Source of the DNA: a virus
Lineage: Duplodnaviria; Heunggongvirae; Uroviricota; Caudoviricetes
Direction: 5' to 3' (one strand)
Virus record (IMG/VR): IMGVR_UViG_3300028602_000005
Coordinates: 178,137-242,136 of that record
DNA: 64,000 nt
The position numbers and the translations under genes are program-made. The notes under the pieces were generated by a model. It saw only the letters and a list, made by a program, of their open reading frames with translations, did not search any database and was not told the DNA's origin. This document shows, piece after piece, positions 21,001 through 29,199 of this stretch (its first letter is position 1; each line of letters begins with the position of its first letter).

Positions 21001-21137
21001 TCAATTACTTCAAATCCTATTTCTTCAGCAGGAATTAACATATTTCTGACTATTTGTTCAACTTTATCTAAATCATTTTTTCTCAAATTAAAAATATTAT
21101 TTTCCTGAAGTTTATATCTTGGATTTATTATTTCCAT
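18030..21137 (-). CDS. rpoB: Multisubunit RNA polymerase beta-like subunit (RNAP-1)
   Basis: LGPGG, TPDRENCG, QMRQA, GRNL, GFNYEDG, GDKIGNRHGNKG, LNPLG..SRMN.GQ, K..ARS, GGQRCGEME. Confidence 0.93.
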   Translation of the reverse strand: MEIINPRYKLQENNIFNLRKNDLDKVEQIVRNMLIPAEEIGFEVIEFGIKNVKSRSNELFKTISQKFIVKLRKNSKDIDLSLLIPRLIDDNYFIIGGKKKLPLFQMFDIPIVTRGKTIKLRTNILTFVVEEFKKFPFVRLSAFGRKVPLVLIILCKYGIEETRKMFDLDNIKAEDIKTDTTFGKLIYDLKDFCEGSEGFKKEDFLDDIAKYLSFNSNKSKASDFMYSLDLISKIDLPSKQFFHTENIIDELIYAIKSEEFDDINLINKRVRCFEYIILSKYAKIIFDFCVANRTTRKPKFNINTKQILSESNISDIIQFDFSINPIEELTKLSRISLLGPGGFKKANVPRYLRDIDDSMFGRVCVVDTPDRENCGILHNLLPNVKLDNNLKFSEELAEEKVSIPVSFTPFLRNNDQTRLQMAASQMRQAILLTSFDKPMIEAGVESLYSDKTQSVRLAKNDGKVVFVNNNFIIVKYIDGEDEIFNIGIKNIYTENLDYYSNLDVGSEFQKGDIIVRGSFISNEEKKIIFGRNLLTAVMPFHGFNYEDGIVISDRVKHKFRSIHHLDLSFTIPPDAILLSLSDNDYIPLPNPDFQKIFEEIGVKKEICKNENLEKYVCRNIEQPYAIMKKIPNGPIDYYTLLKDSEKLYTEKTNNVLIYNVELYVNTYNDSIKRYADYISKKVELQINEEKKLQNIIYKYLPEEQAKDFINDNSLDKFSNNTGKFKIKGELINGIYVKVDAFYTRELEVGDKIGNRHGNKGTISNILPYDQMPKLKDGRHVDICLNPLGFLSRMNFGQLFELHLTSSLNDLKTEMFKRLSNKYSKENQEELKKYLSDYIKIIDNTNGNWYYNQFCKELDKIEINKEFIEKLNIMQPPFESSNRDQIIEALKYTQTRMRNKLKDMISGEDIQEEITTGWMYFFKMVHIAEEKLSARSIGGNYLRRTFQPISGRKNKGGQRCGEMETACIIAHNGLENLNEMITLKSDCIELKSMFVRSQIDPDFSLPKEIDNSLLEPESVKLLKAYMTALNLNLKGK

Positions 21138-21173
21138 ATTTTCTCCTAATCTTTTATATTTTGTGAGTTATTT

Positions 21174-21374
21174 TTAAATTTTAAATTTTATGGAAATCGC
21201 TATAGCTAATGTTATAAATGTTGAGTTGGTGATATAAAAATTTAACTGATGTAAATTCTTATATTCACCATAATTTTGAAAATATATAGTTTCAAATATG
21301 AAACAAATAATAAATATTATAAAACAAATTAATAAAATAATTTTAAAACTTTTATTTTCATTATTTTTATTCAT
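21174..21374 (-). CDS. Small two-TM membrane protein
   Basis: Likely start MNKNN overlaps the beta' stop; two hydrophobic segments. Confidence 0.5.
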   Translation of the reverse strand: MNKNNENKSFKIILLICFIIFIICFIFETIYFQNYGEYKNLHQLNFYITNSTFITLAIAISIKFKI

Positions 21375-24096
21375 TACAAACATTCTCTCCAAAAACCATT
21401 TGATCATATTTACCATAATAATTATATTCATTTTCTTTAAGTCCATCGAGCATACTTTTCTTAGGATTTGAAAATCCAAAACCTACTGCCCAACTTTCTT
21501 TTTCTGGAACACTTTGGATACTATAAAATATCGGTTTAATCTTATTTCTATTTGGATGCAATCTCCATTTTATTCTTCCAACCCACATTAACTGCGCTAC
21601 AATACACTCTATATGAACAAAATTAATATCTTTACTTGAATTATAAATATTAAATAATTTTGAAACAAATAAAGGTAAATTTTCGTGAACTTTTTCAGGA
21701 GTTTTAATATGTAATAATTTTGAAACTTGAGATAAATTATCTATAATATCTGTTTGCATCATATTTGAATTTTCTTCATGCATAACAGCAACGCCAGATG
21801 TATGAAATACTCTCAATATTAATTGAGTATTTATTTCACCCAAACTTTGTGCGGCAATTACTCCTATGAAAGGACTGTGTAATTTTTCATGTAGTCTGCC
21901 ATAACATTTATCGCAAATTTTTTCATTTTGACAATAAATAGGACTTCTTAAATTTATTTTCTTTTTTATTATTTCTTTATAATTTTCATTTGTAATTTCA
22001 ATTAAAATTTTACCATCTGAATAAAACCTTCCAATTAACATTTCAGCTTGTTTTTTATTTTCTATTTTTATTTTGAGATAATCAGTAGTTCCACAATCAG
22101 AAGGACTTTTATCTTTCATTAAATTTATAGCTGTAAATATTAATTTTCTAGATTGATACCCAGATGTTCCGGTATTTATAGCAACATCAAGAAGACCTTT
22201 TCTACATCCATATGTAGATATGAAAAATTCTCTTTCTGTTAAACCATCTAATAAACTGTTTTTTACAGGTTCTTTTAAAATTTTACCTTCGAAATTTGAA
22301 ATAAACCCTCTTGTTAAGAGAACTTGTCTAGCTTGATCCCATTTTCCTCTCGCTCCAGAATATATCAAATATGAAAAATCACAATTATCTTTAACTATAT
22401 TTTCAATGTCTTTTCTTGACACATTCATAACTTGTTTAGAAATTTCTTCTTCACTATAAATACTATCTCTTAAAAAATTTAATTCATTACTACTTAAATT
22501 TATCAAATCTAATGAAATTGTTGATCCATATAAAGTCGCATATTTAAAACCCATATCTTTTATATTATCAAGAACTTTTGAAGTAACATCAGATGAATAA
22601 GAATTTTTAATTTTATTTAATAAATCTAATAATTTATTTTTATCTACCACTTCATTTATAACTTCATAATCTTCTGGAAGACATCTATTAAATAATTCTC
22701 TACCTTTAGTAATTTCCACACCTTTAAAATTAACCTTTTCATTTAATTTATTTATTTTATTATTAGTTAATAAATATACTCCCAAAACAATATCTTGACT
22801 AGGTGTTAATGTTAAATCTTGATTTGCTGGATGAAATAAATTCTTTGAAGGGAGGAATTTTTCCAGAATCTCATTTTTAGTTTTTTCAGAAACTGGAATA
22901 TATACTGCCATTTGATCCCCATCAAAATCTGCATTATATGGTGAACAAACTAGTGGGTGAATTTTTATAACATTATCATGAGAAAGTTTTATTTTAAAAC
23001 CTAAAATACTTAATCTGTGAAGTGATGGTTGTCTATTTAATAAACAAACTTCATTTTCTATAATCTCTTCACATATAGGATATAATTCATAATTTTTAGA
23101 ATCAATACAATTTTCTATATAATTGAGTGCTCTTGGTAATTGACCAAATCTTCCCAATTGAAGTAGTCTTTTCGCAACTTGAACTTTAAATAATTCTAAA
23201 ACCATAAAATATGGTAAAACACATTCATCTAAATTTAAGCTTGGATCTGCTGATATAACTGCTCTACCTGAAAAATCTATTCTCTTACCTAAAATATTTC
23301 CCCTTAATAAACCTTCTTTCTTTGGAAATTTTTCTATTATATGTTCATACAATTCAAATATATCTTTTTGAAATTGTCTAAAATAATTATAATATAAAGT
23401 TTTATCATTAATAATATCTATAATAGTAGATTTTAAAGATTCTTTTTTAATTAGTAATTGCATATAATATTTATTAATTTTATCAACTATTTGATTCTCA
23501 ACAATAGCTGCTCTAGTGGAAGGTCTTAACTCAGGGGGAAGGACAATTATTTTATTTATTAAAAAATTATCTATATTATCTAAAAACATTTTCCAATCAG
23601 GACTTTTAGTTTCAGCATAAACATCTAAAGCTAAAATTTTTACAAATTCAAAAATAGCATCTGTTCGTTCCCATACTTTTATACTTAAATCGTTAGGTCT
23701 TTCATTTGAAACATATAAACCATCTTTATCTTTACATAAAAAACTTTTCTCATCTTTCATTAATTTATTTAAAAATTCTTTAACACTATTTCCAGCTAAA
23801 TTAATAAATAAATCATACATTATAGGATTAACAACTTTCATTGGTAGAACTATTTTGGCAAACCTTCTTCTTCTTTCAGAACTAGAAGATATTACCATTT
23901 TACAAACAGGACACTTTTCGCCTTCTCTAGATTTACCAAAATAAGTACCACATTCACAAGTATAACTCTTCAAAGGACCAAAAATTTTCTCAGAATATAA
24001 ACCATTTGGATCAAATTTATTTTTTGAAAGTATTTTTATTGAAGATACTTCTGGTAAATTCTCACAGAATTCTTCAACATTTAAAATTTTCAGCAT
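21367..24096 (-). CDS. rpoC: Multisubunit RNA polymerase beta'-like subunit (RNAP-1)
   Basis: GL.S..IFGP, Zn ribbon CECG..CPVC, LGKRIDFSGR, NRQPSLH, catalytic NADFDGD, SGARG, GYQSRKL, C...CDKCYG, AQSLGE..TQ...RVFH. Confidence 0.96.
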   Translation of the reverse strand: MLKILNVEEFCENLPEVSSIKILSKNKFDPNGLYSEKIFGPLKSYTCECGTYFGKSREGEKCPVCKMVISSSSERRRRFAKIVLPMKVVNPIMYDLFINLAGNSVKEFLNKLMKDEKSFLCKDKDGLYVSNERPNDLSIKVWERTDAIFEFVKILALDVYAETKSPDWKMFLDNIDNFLINKIIVLPPELRPSTRAAIVENQIVDKINKYYMQLLIKKESLKSTIIDIINDKTLYYNYFRQFQKDIFELYEHIIEKFPKKEGLLRGNILGKRIDFSGRAVISADPSLNLDECVLPYFMVLELFKVQVAKRLLQLGRFGQLPRALNYIENCIDSKNYELYPICEEIIENEVCLLNRQPSLHRLSILGFKIKLSHDNVIKIHPLVCSPYNADFDGDQMAVYIPVSEKTKNEILEKFLPSKNLFHPANQDLTLTPSQDIVLGVYLLTNNKINKLNEKVNFKGVEITKGRELFNRCLPEDYEVINEVVDKNKLLDLLNKIKNSYSSDVTSKVLDNIKDMGFKYATLYGSTISLDLINLSSNELNFLRDSIYSEEEISKQVMNVSRKDIENIVKDNCDFSYLIYSGARGKWDQARQVLLTRGFISNFEGKILKEPVKNSLLDGLTEREFFISTYGCRKGLLDVAINTGTSGYQSRKLIFTAINLMKDKSPSDCGTTDYLKIKIENKKQAEMLIGRFYSDGKILIEITNENYKEIIKKKINLRSPIYCQNEKICDKCYGRLHEKLHSPFIGVIAAQSLGEINTQLILRVFHTSGVAVMHEENSNMMQTDIIDNLSQVSKLLHIKTPEKVHENLPLFVSKLFNIYNSSKDINFVHIECIVAQLMWVGRIKWRLHPNRNKIKPIFYSIQSVPEKESWAVGFGFSNPKKSMLDGLKENEYNYYGKYDQMVFGENVCNE

Positions 24097-24105
24097 TGTT
24101 TCTCC

Positions 24106-24363
24106 TTATAATTTAATATCATTAAGAGTAATTTCCTTTTTTCTTTCAGTATCTGAAAGAATTTTCAAAAAGAATTCATTAATTTGTTTATTTACTTCTT
24201 CTTCAACCTTTTTATTTAAATAGTCATTAAAACATTCAACTATTTCCTTTGCTTTTTCTTTGTTTAACTCTTCATTTAGTTTTGTAACTAATTGTTTGAT
24301 TTCTTCATATAAATCAATTTCAAATTTATTAAATACTTTAGATAAAGTTTCTTTATCATTCAT
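24106..24363 (-). CDS. Hypothetical coiled-coil protein
   Basis: 85 aa. Confidence 0.6.
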   Translation of the reverse strand: MNDKETLSKVFNKFEIDLYEEIKQLVTKLNEELNKEKAKEIVECFNDYLNKKVEEEVNKQINEFFLKILSDTERKKEITLNDIKL

Positions 24364-24559
24364 CTTCCTTTTTAATATCCTCCTTTTCTATTTCTTTAAT
24401 ATTTAGGATTTCATTTAAGGATTTATTTACATCACTTTTTAAATTATTAAATAATTTATCAACCGTTTTTACAATTATTGGTGATATTTCTTTTAAAAAT
24501 TCTTTTGTTGTTTTTTCAACTACTTTTATTAATACATCATTTATAATCTTCATTTTCAA
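24356..24559 (-). CDS. Hypothetical protein
   Basis: 67 aa, GGAGG RBS. Confidence 0.6.
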   Translation of the reverse strand: MKMKIINDVLIKVVEKTTKEFLKEISPIIVKTVDKLFNNLKSDVNKSLNEILNIKEIEKEDIKKEDE

Positions 24560-24914
24560 ATATTACCTCCAACCAGGGTCTAAAATAACAGTCGTCATAA
24601 TTGAATATTCTTAAAAAATATTCAATCTTATTACATATTTCATCTAAATTTTCTACTTCAACTACTTCTTCATAAATATTATCAGGAAAACAAAATTCAT
24701 TAGTTTCTGGATTTGCATTTGGGTGTCTACAATCTAAAAAAACATTTTTTATTTTTAAATCATCTGAAAGAATAATAGTATATGAATTAATTACAAAATC
24801 TTCAGTTAATGATTTAATATTTTTAATTCTACGATTATCTATAACTTTTGTAGGAACTATTCTCTTATCCACTATAATTTTTCTAAATTCTCTTAATTTC
24901 GCTTTCAGCATCAC
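24537..24914 (-). CDS. Putative E2 (UBC-fold)-like protein
   Basis: HPNANPETNEFC resembles the UBC HPN...C signature; coupled to a ThiF gene. Confidence 0.5.
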   Translation of the reverse strand: MMLKAKLREFRKIIVDKRIVPTKVIDNRRIKNIKSLTEDFVINSYTIILSDDLKIKNVFLDCRHPNANPETNEFCFPDNIYEEVVEVENLDEICNKIEYFLRIFNYDDCYFRPWLEVIFENEDYK

Positions 24915-25792
24915 GCTGCTCCCGTTTCTGGTATTAACTCTATCATTTTATTTACTTTAGAAAAAGATACTAAATAACTTTGATATGGTAAATTTGATTT
25001 TTCTATTAAATCACCTAAATATGAAAATATTTCTTCTTCTTCTTTAAAAAATTTAGAATCTACTTTTCTATGGTAAAAATAAGCTTCTCTATCACCAATA
25101 TAGATATTTATATCATTTTTATTATTTTCTATTAATATATTTTTAGAATTATCGATTAAATCAGGAAATAAATCAAAATATTTTTTATCTGAATCTAATA
25201 TTAATTCTTGAGATTTATTGTTTTTATTTATTTTATTGATAATAGATCTACTTATATAATCTAGATCTATTTTATGCTGCATACCTTTTTTCATTAAACT
25301 ATCTATGATTCCACTGAATATAAAATTTGTAACACATAACGCAGCATTTTTCAAGTCATTTTTTTTCAAAATAGCAGTATATTTACCTTCAATATTTTTA
25401 TCAAAAATAATATTTTTCCTACAATCTATAATTACATATCTACCTGAAATATAAGTTCTAATATCTATTAAATCATTTCTATTATAATTAAAATCTCTTG
25501 AATCTATCACTAAATCATATTTATCATCTAAAATAGTTTCATTTTCTATGAATTTTTCATTCATTTTAATAATTTGAATTTCTTCATTATCTATTTTTAT
25601 CAATTTTTCCAAAACATCAACTTTATATTTTCCAACATCTTTCTTTTTATATATACTATTTTTTATATTCCTTTCATCGACAATATCATAATCGATAATT
25701 AATATTTTTTCTATACCTTCTGTTTCTGATATAAATTTGGCAATGAAACCTCCAAGAGTTCCAAGTCCAATTACTGCAATTTTTTTAAACAC
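24911..25792 (-). CDS. ThiF/E1-like protein with a possible C-terminal ubiquitin-like domain
   Basis: IAVIGLGTLGG, D.DIV...N, G..KV, VIDSRD; ends MIELIPETGAA. Confidence 0.75.
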   Translation of the reverse strand: MFKKIAVIGLGTLGGFIAKFISETEGIEKILIIDYDIVDERNIKNSIYKKKDVGKYKVDVLEKLIKIDNEEIQIIKMNEKFIENETILDDKYDLVIDSRDFNYNRNDLIDIRTYISGRYVIIDCRKNIIFDKNIEGKYTAILKKNDLKNAALCVTNFIFSGIIDSLMKKGMQHKIDLDYISRSIINKINKNNKSQELILDSDKKYFDLFPDLIDNSKNILIENNKNDINIYIGDREAYFYHRKVDSKFFKEEEEIFSYLGDLIEKSNLPYQSYLVSFSKVNKMIELIPETGAA

Positions 25793-25810
25793 TTATAAAA
25801 ATCCTCCACA

Positions 25811-26077
25811 TTAAATTATAGTAATTTTTTCATTTTTTGACATTTCCTTCGCTTTTTCGCATATTTCATCCAATTCATCTTTTAATAAATAAATTTCTTT
25901 TAAAGATAATCTACCCAACTTCAAAAATTTTTCATCTCCATCATTTATGTTTTTTCTTGAAAGTTGAATCTTTGGATCACCATTATTATATGACATAATA
26001 GAAATATCTATAAAAGAATTTTCCGAAACTTCTATTGTTTTTTTAAATAAACAAACATCTTTTGATTTATCGAACAC
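25811..26077 (-). CDS. PC4/YdbC-like ssDNA-binding protein
   Basis: ISIMSYNNGDPKIQLSR...KLGRLSLKE. Confidence 0.6.
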   Translation of the reverse strand: MFDKSKDVCLFKKTIEVSENSFIDISIMSYNNGDPKIQLSRKNINDGDEKFLKLGRLSLKEIYLLKDELDEICEKAKEMSKNEKITII

Positions 26078-26105
26078 GAAAAAAAATCTCCTTTTTAAAT
26101 TTAAT

Positions 26106-26142
26106 AATCCATAGATGAAGAATATATCTTCATCTATGGATT
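26106..26142 (-). terminator. Hairpin / terminator
   Basis: 16-bp perfect stem AATCCATAGATGAAGA/TCTTCATCTATGGATT. Confidence 0.65.
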
Positions 26143-26151
26143 TTATATTAT

Positions 26152-26691
26152 TTACTTACTTGAAATATATATTTCTGAATTTGTTGGGGTTGGCATATAA
26201 TAAGCTTTATAAGGAAAAATAGAAGCTAATAATACCATTGGATAATATTGAGGAATTTCAACATTTAGATATGGCTCTCTTTTTAAAACTTCAATTTCAT
26301 TGTTTTTTACAGGAATAAATTTTATTTTATAATTTAAACCACTTTCGTTTAAATTTTTTACCAAATTTTGAATTTCATCAGAAGAATCAAATTTAAATAA
26401 TTTATTTAAAATGCGATTTCTTCTATTCATTATATTTACAAGATTTATAACAGAGTTATTTTTTTCGTTTTTATAAGCGTCATAAGCTCTTGAAAATGAT
26501 CTACCTCTTCCTTCCACTTTATGATGGTTATCTAAAATTGATCTAATAGAGATTCCTCTTGAAACAATTCGATCACCTACAATTAAAAGGCATACGGTAG
26601 CATATGCTCCGAGAATTGGTGATCTTAGATAATAAAATTTTGCCTTATCTACACCAATTTCCTTACATTTCTCATTAATATCAACCTTCAT
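26152..26691 (-). CDS. Hypothetical protein
   Basis: 179 aa, GAGGA RBS. Confidence 0.7.
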   Translation of the reverse strand: MKVDINEKCKEIGVDKAKFYYLRSPILGAYATVCLLIVGDRIVSRGISIRSILDNHHKVEGRGRSFSRAYDAYKNEKNNSVINLVNIMNRRNRILNKLFKFDSSDEIQNLVKNLNESGLNYKIKFIPVKNNEIEVLKREPYLNVEIPQYYPMVLLASIFPYKAYYMPTPTNSEIYISSK

Positions 26692-26720
26692 AATACAATC
26701 CTCTTTCTTTTTATATTATA

Positions 26721-26744
26721 GGGGGTAGTTAAAAAACTACCCCC
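26721..26744 (-). terminator. GC-rich hairpin after the Ubl gene
   Basis: GGGGGTAGTT/AACTACCCCC. Confidence 0.65.
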
Positions 26745-26762
26745 ATAAATATTCCCTAAATA

Positions 26763-27245
26763 TTAACCCTTCTGGCCAGAAGGACGAACAAATTCAACCT
26801 TATCTTCTGACTTAAGGATTTCTGAACCCTTAACAATCTTCCCATTGAGAACGATTGTAGAAGCAGGATTAATATTAAGAATATCCTTAAGAACAGCAAA
26901 ACCCTCTTCAATAGACATTCCACTGAGAGGATATTCACCAACGAATGCTCCATAAGAAACAAAAACATTCTTACTGTATTTCATTCCATCAGGCGCATTT
27001 TCATCCTTAAGAGTAGCATTGACGCTAACTGAAACAACTTTAGGCATTCCTGTGCTTACAACAGTTGCCGCTGTTTCTTTCGCAGGACCATCTGCTGAAC
27101 GCAACACTGTATCTTGAGATGAAATAATTTTTGAAATAATTTCACTCTTTGTCATTTTTGATGCATTGGGAATGTTCTTCTGAAGACATATTACTCTTAA
27201 TTCTCTTGTGGTCTTGTTTTCCAGTTCTACTTGTGTGTAATTCAT
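26763..27245 (-). CDS. Ubiquitin-like (beta-grasp) protein with an N-terminal Rho-N/HeH-like domain
   Basis: N-terminal L..KT..ELR.IC....I...SKM.K.E.I..I; C-terminal VLNG......L...D.VEFVRPSGQKG ending in Gly. Confidence 0.75.
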   Translation of the reverse strand: MNYTQVELENKTTRELRVICLQKNIPNASKMTKSEIISKIISSQDTVLRSADGPAKETAATVVSTGMPKVVSVSVNATLKDENAPDGMKYSKNVFVSYGAFVGEYPLSGMSIEEGFAVLKDILNINPASTIVLNGKIVKGSEILKSEDKVEFVRPSGQKG

Positions 27246-27320
27246 ACTTCGTTTACTCCTTTTTCTCTTTTTTGGTTTTTTTGGTTTTTAATTACTAATT
27301 TAAATTAAAAATATATTCGA

Positions 27321-28028
27321 CTAAATAATTATTTCTCTTCTTATAGCATTTACCCTAACAGTATTTATATCAAAATAAATATCATTAGGAATAAAATTGT
27401 TTATTTTATTATCCTTTAAACAATTTTTGACATTATAAAAAATAGCACACATCAATATTGCCGCAAAACAATTTGCAAAATATAATTGCGGTTCAGATTG
27501 ACTTAATTCTTCACATGACATTTCATGTGGCATTTTTCCAACTGGATTTTCTATTTCTGGATGATAATCCGTAATTTTAGGTGTTAAACTATTTCCATTT
27601 AATTTTATAAATAGTTGTGCGTTTCCATCTTCATATTCATTCCCACCAGATATTAAAATTACATTATTTAATTTACTTGCATGATCTGAAATTAATTTTC
27701 TAGTTGGATGATTATCAACGCATATAAAAATTATACAATTATCTTTAATGATAGAATTAATATTATCTTTATTAATATAATCATTAAATGATGAAAAACA
27801 AATATTTTTAAATTTTCTATTAAGTTCTTCTAGTTTAGATTCAGCTTTATTTTTCATATTTTCAAATACTTGTCTTTCAAGATTCTTATGTTCGTATGAA
27901 TCACCATCAATTAATACAATATCAAAACTATCCTTTATTGAATAGTTTATAAATCTTGAAATTTTTTCTGACAATTCTGAACCAATACCACCCAAACCGA
28001 CAATGTATATTTTATCAAAATTATCCAT
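27321..28028 (-). CDS. ThiF/E1-like adenylyltransferase
   Basis: VGLGGIGS, DGD.YE..NLERQ, KAE, CVDN..TR, SGGNE, SCEE...PQ....N. Confidence 0.9.
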   Translation of the reverse strand: MDNFDKIYIVGLGGIGSELSEKISRFINYSIKDSFDIVLIDGDSYEHKNLERQVFENMKNKAESKLEELNRKFKNICFSSFNDYINKDNINSIIKDNCIIFICVDNHPTRKLISDHASKLNNVILISGGNEYEDGNAQLFIKLNGNSLTPKITDYHPEIENPVGKMPHEMSCEELSQSEPQLYFANCFAAILMCAIFYNVKNCLKDNKINNFIPNDIYFDINTVRVNAIRREIII

Positions 28029-28031
28029 TAA

Positions 28032-29171
28032 TTATTCTCCATTTACAGATTCTAATAAATTTACACTCTCATTCATAGTGTTAATGCCGATATCTCCTAA
28101 AGATATTTCCGTTAAAGAATCTTGAAACTCCAGAAAATAATCTCTTAAGTAAAATTTTTTTATTTTTTCACTATCATTTTTTTTATCTTCTAATTTTAAA
28201 TTTTCTAAAGTTTCTTCATCAACATAAACACCATTAATTAGAAAATGTTTAACCCATTCACCATTTTTATTTTTTGCATAATACATTGGTACTGACGGAT
28301 ATTTATTATTACCGTCACCACTTTTATTAATGTAATTATAAATGTTTCTTTCTGGTTTTGAAACTTTACTTAACCACAATTTATTAAAATTCTTTTCATT
28401 ACCATCCAAAATAAAGTTTGTTAAATATCTTTCAATTTTTTTATAAGATTTCTTTTCCTCCTTTCTATCAAATAAATTTTTATATCCTAAAATCTCTGCA
28501 TAATTTTCCCACCAAATACTTTCTGAATCTGATTTATAAGAAACTGTTGTATATGGTTCTTCTAATTCAACAAATTTTATTCCTTCGATATAATCTTCAG
28601 GATTCTTTTTTATTCTTATATTATTAGATACAAGAGAACAAACCACAGACACTTCTTCTTTATTAAGATTACCCACTGTTATATGAATACCATCAAAATA
28701 TTTCTCATCATTTACATCTGTTCCAGAATGAAAAGCTCCGAAATCAGAATGACTATGAATTGAACCTATCAACACCAAATTATCATCGTCATCTTTTTCA
28801 GTCCTTCCTTCATATTTAACGGAAGCAGATGAGACTTCTTGATCTGGAACATCTAAGCTATATTCTAATGTATTTATATTTAAATATAACAGAATTACAG
28901 ATTCAGTTTTATATTTTTCATAAATCGATTTTAAGAAATTAAAAGCTTTCTTCGTTATTTTTGTGGGTATTTTAGGAATATTTACATTTACACTTGTTTC
29001 CATTTTTTCTAAAAATGGAATTTTTTCTACAGGAACTATGCTTTGAATAAATCCCAATTTCTTTTTAAGATAAATACCATTTCCATTTATAATGTAACAT
29101 ATATTATTTTCTTCTATTATTTTTTTACACTCTTCACTTCCATCATAAACAACAACCGGAAATAAAATCAT
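28032..29171 (-). CDS. JAB/MPN+ metallopeptidase
   Basis: E (TES) ... VP.Q.VS ... GSIHSH....AFHSGTD..DE, GIHITVG. Confidence 0.9.
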   Translation of the reverse strand: MILFPVVVYDGSEECKKIIEENNICYIINGNGIYLKKKLGFIQSIVPVEKIPFLEKMETSVNVNIPKIPTKITKKAFNFLKSIYEKYKTESVILLYLNINTLEYSLDVPDQEVSSASVKYEGRTEKDDDDNLVLIGSIHSHSDFGAFHSGTDVNDEKYFDGIHITVGNLNKEEVSVVCSLVSNNIRIKKNPEDYIEGIKFVELEEPYTTVSYKSDSESIWWENYAEILGYKNLFDRKEEKKSYKKIERYLTNFILDGNEKNFNKLWLSKVSKPERNIYNYINKSGDGNNKYPSVPMYYAKNKNGEWVKHFLINGVYVDEETLENLKLEDKKNDSEKIKKFYLRDYFLEFQDSLTEISLGDIGINTMNESVNLLESVNGE

Positions 29172-29199
29172 ATTTAAAATGTCCTTTCTTCATATTCAA

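Noticed and set aside
18030-24096. Cellular (bacterial) rpoBC locus
   Set aside because: The subunits are much shorter and divergent, the order is reversed, no ribosomal protein genes are adjacent, and a terminase and a second RNAP are on the same contig.
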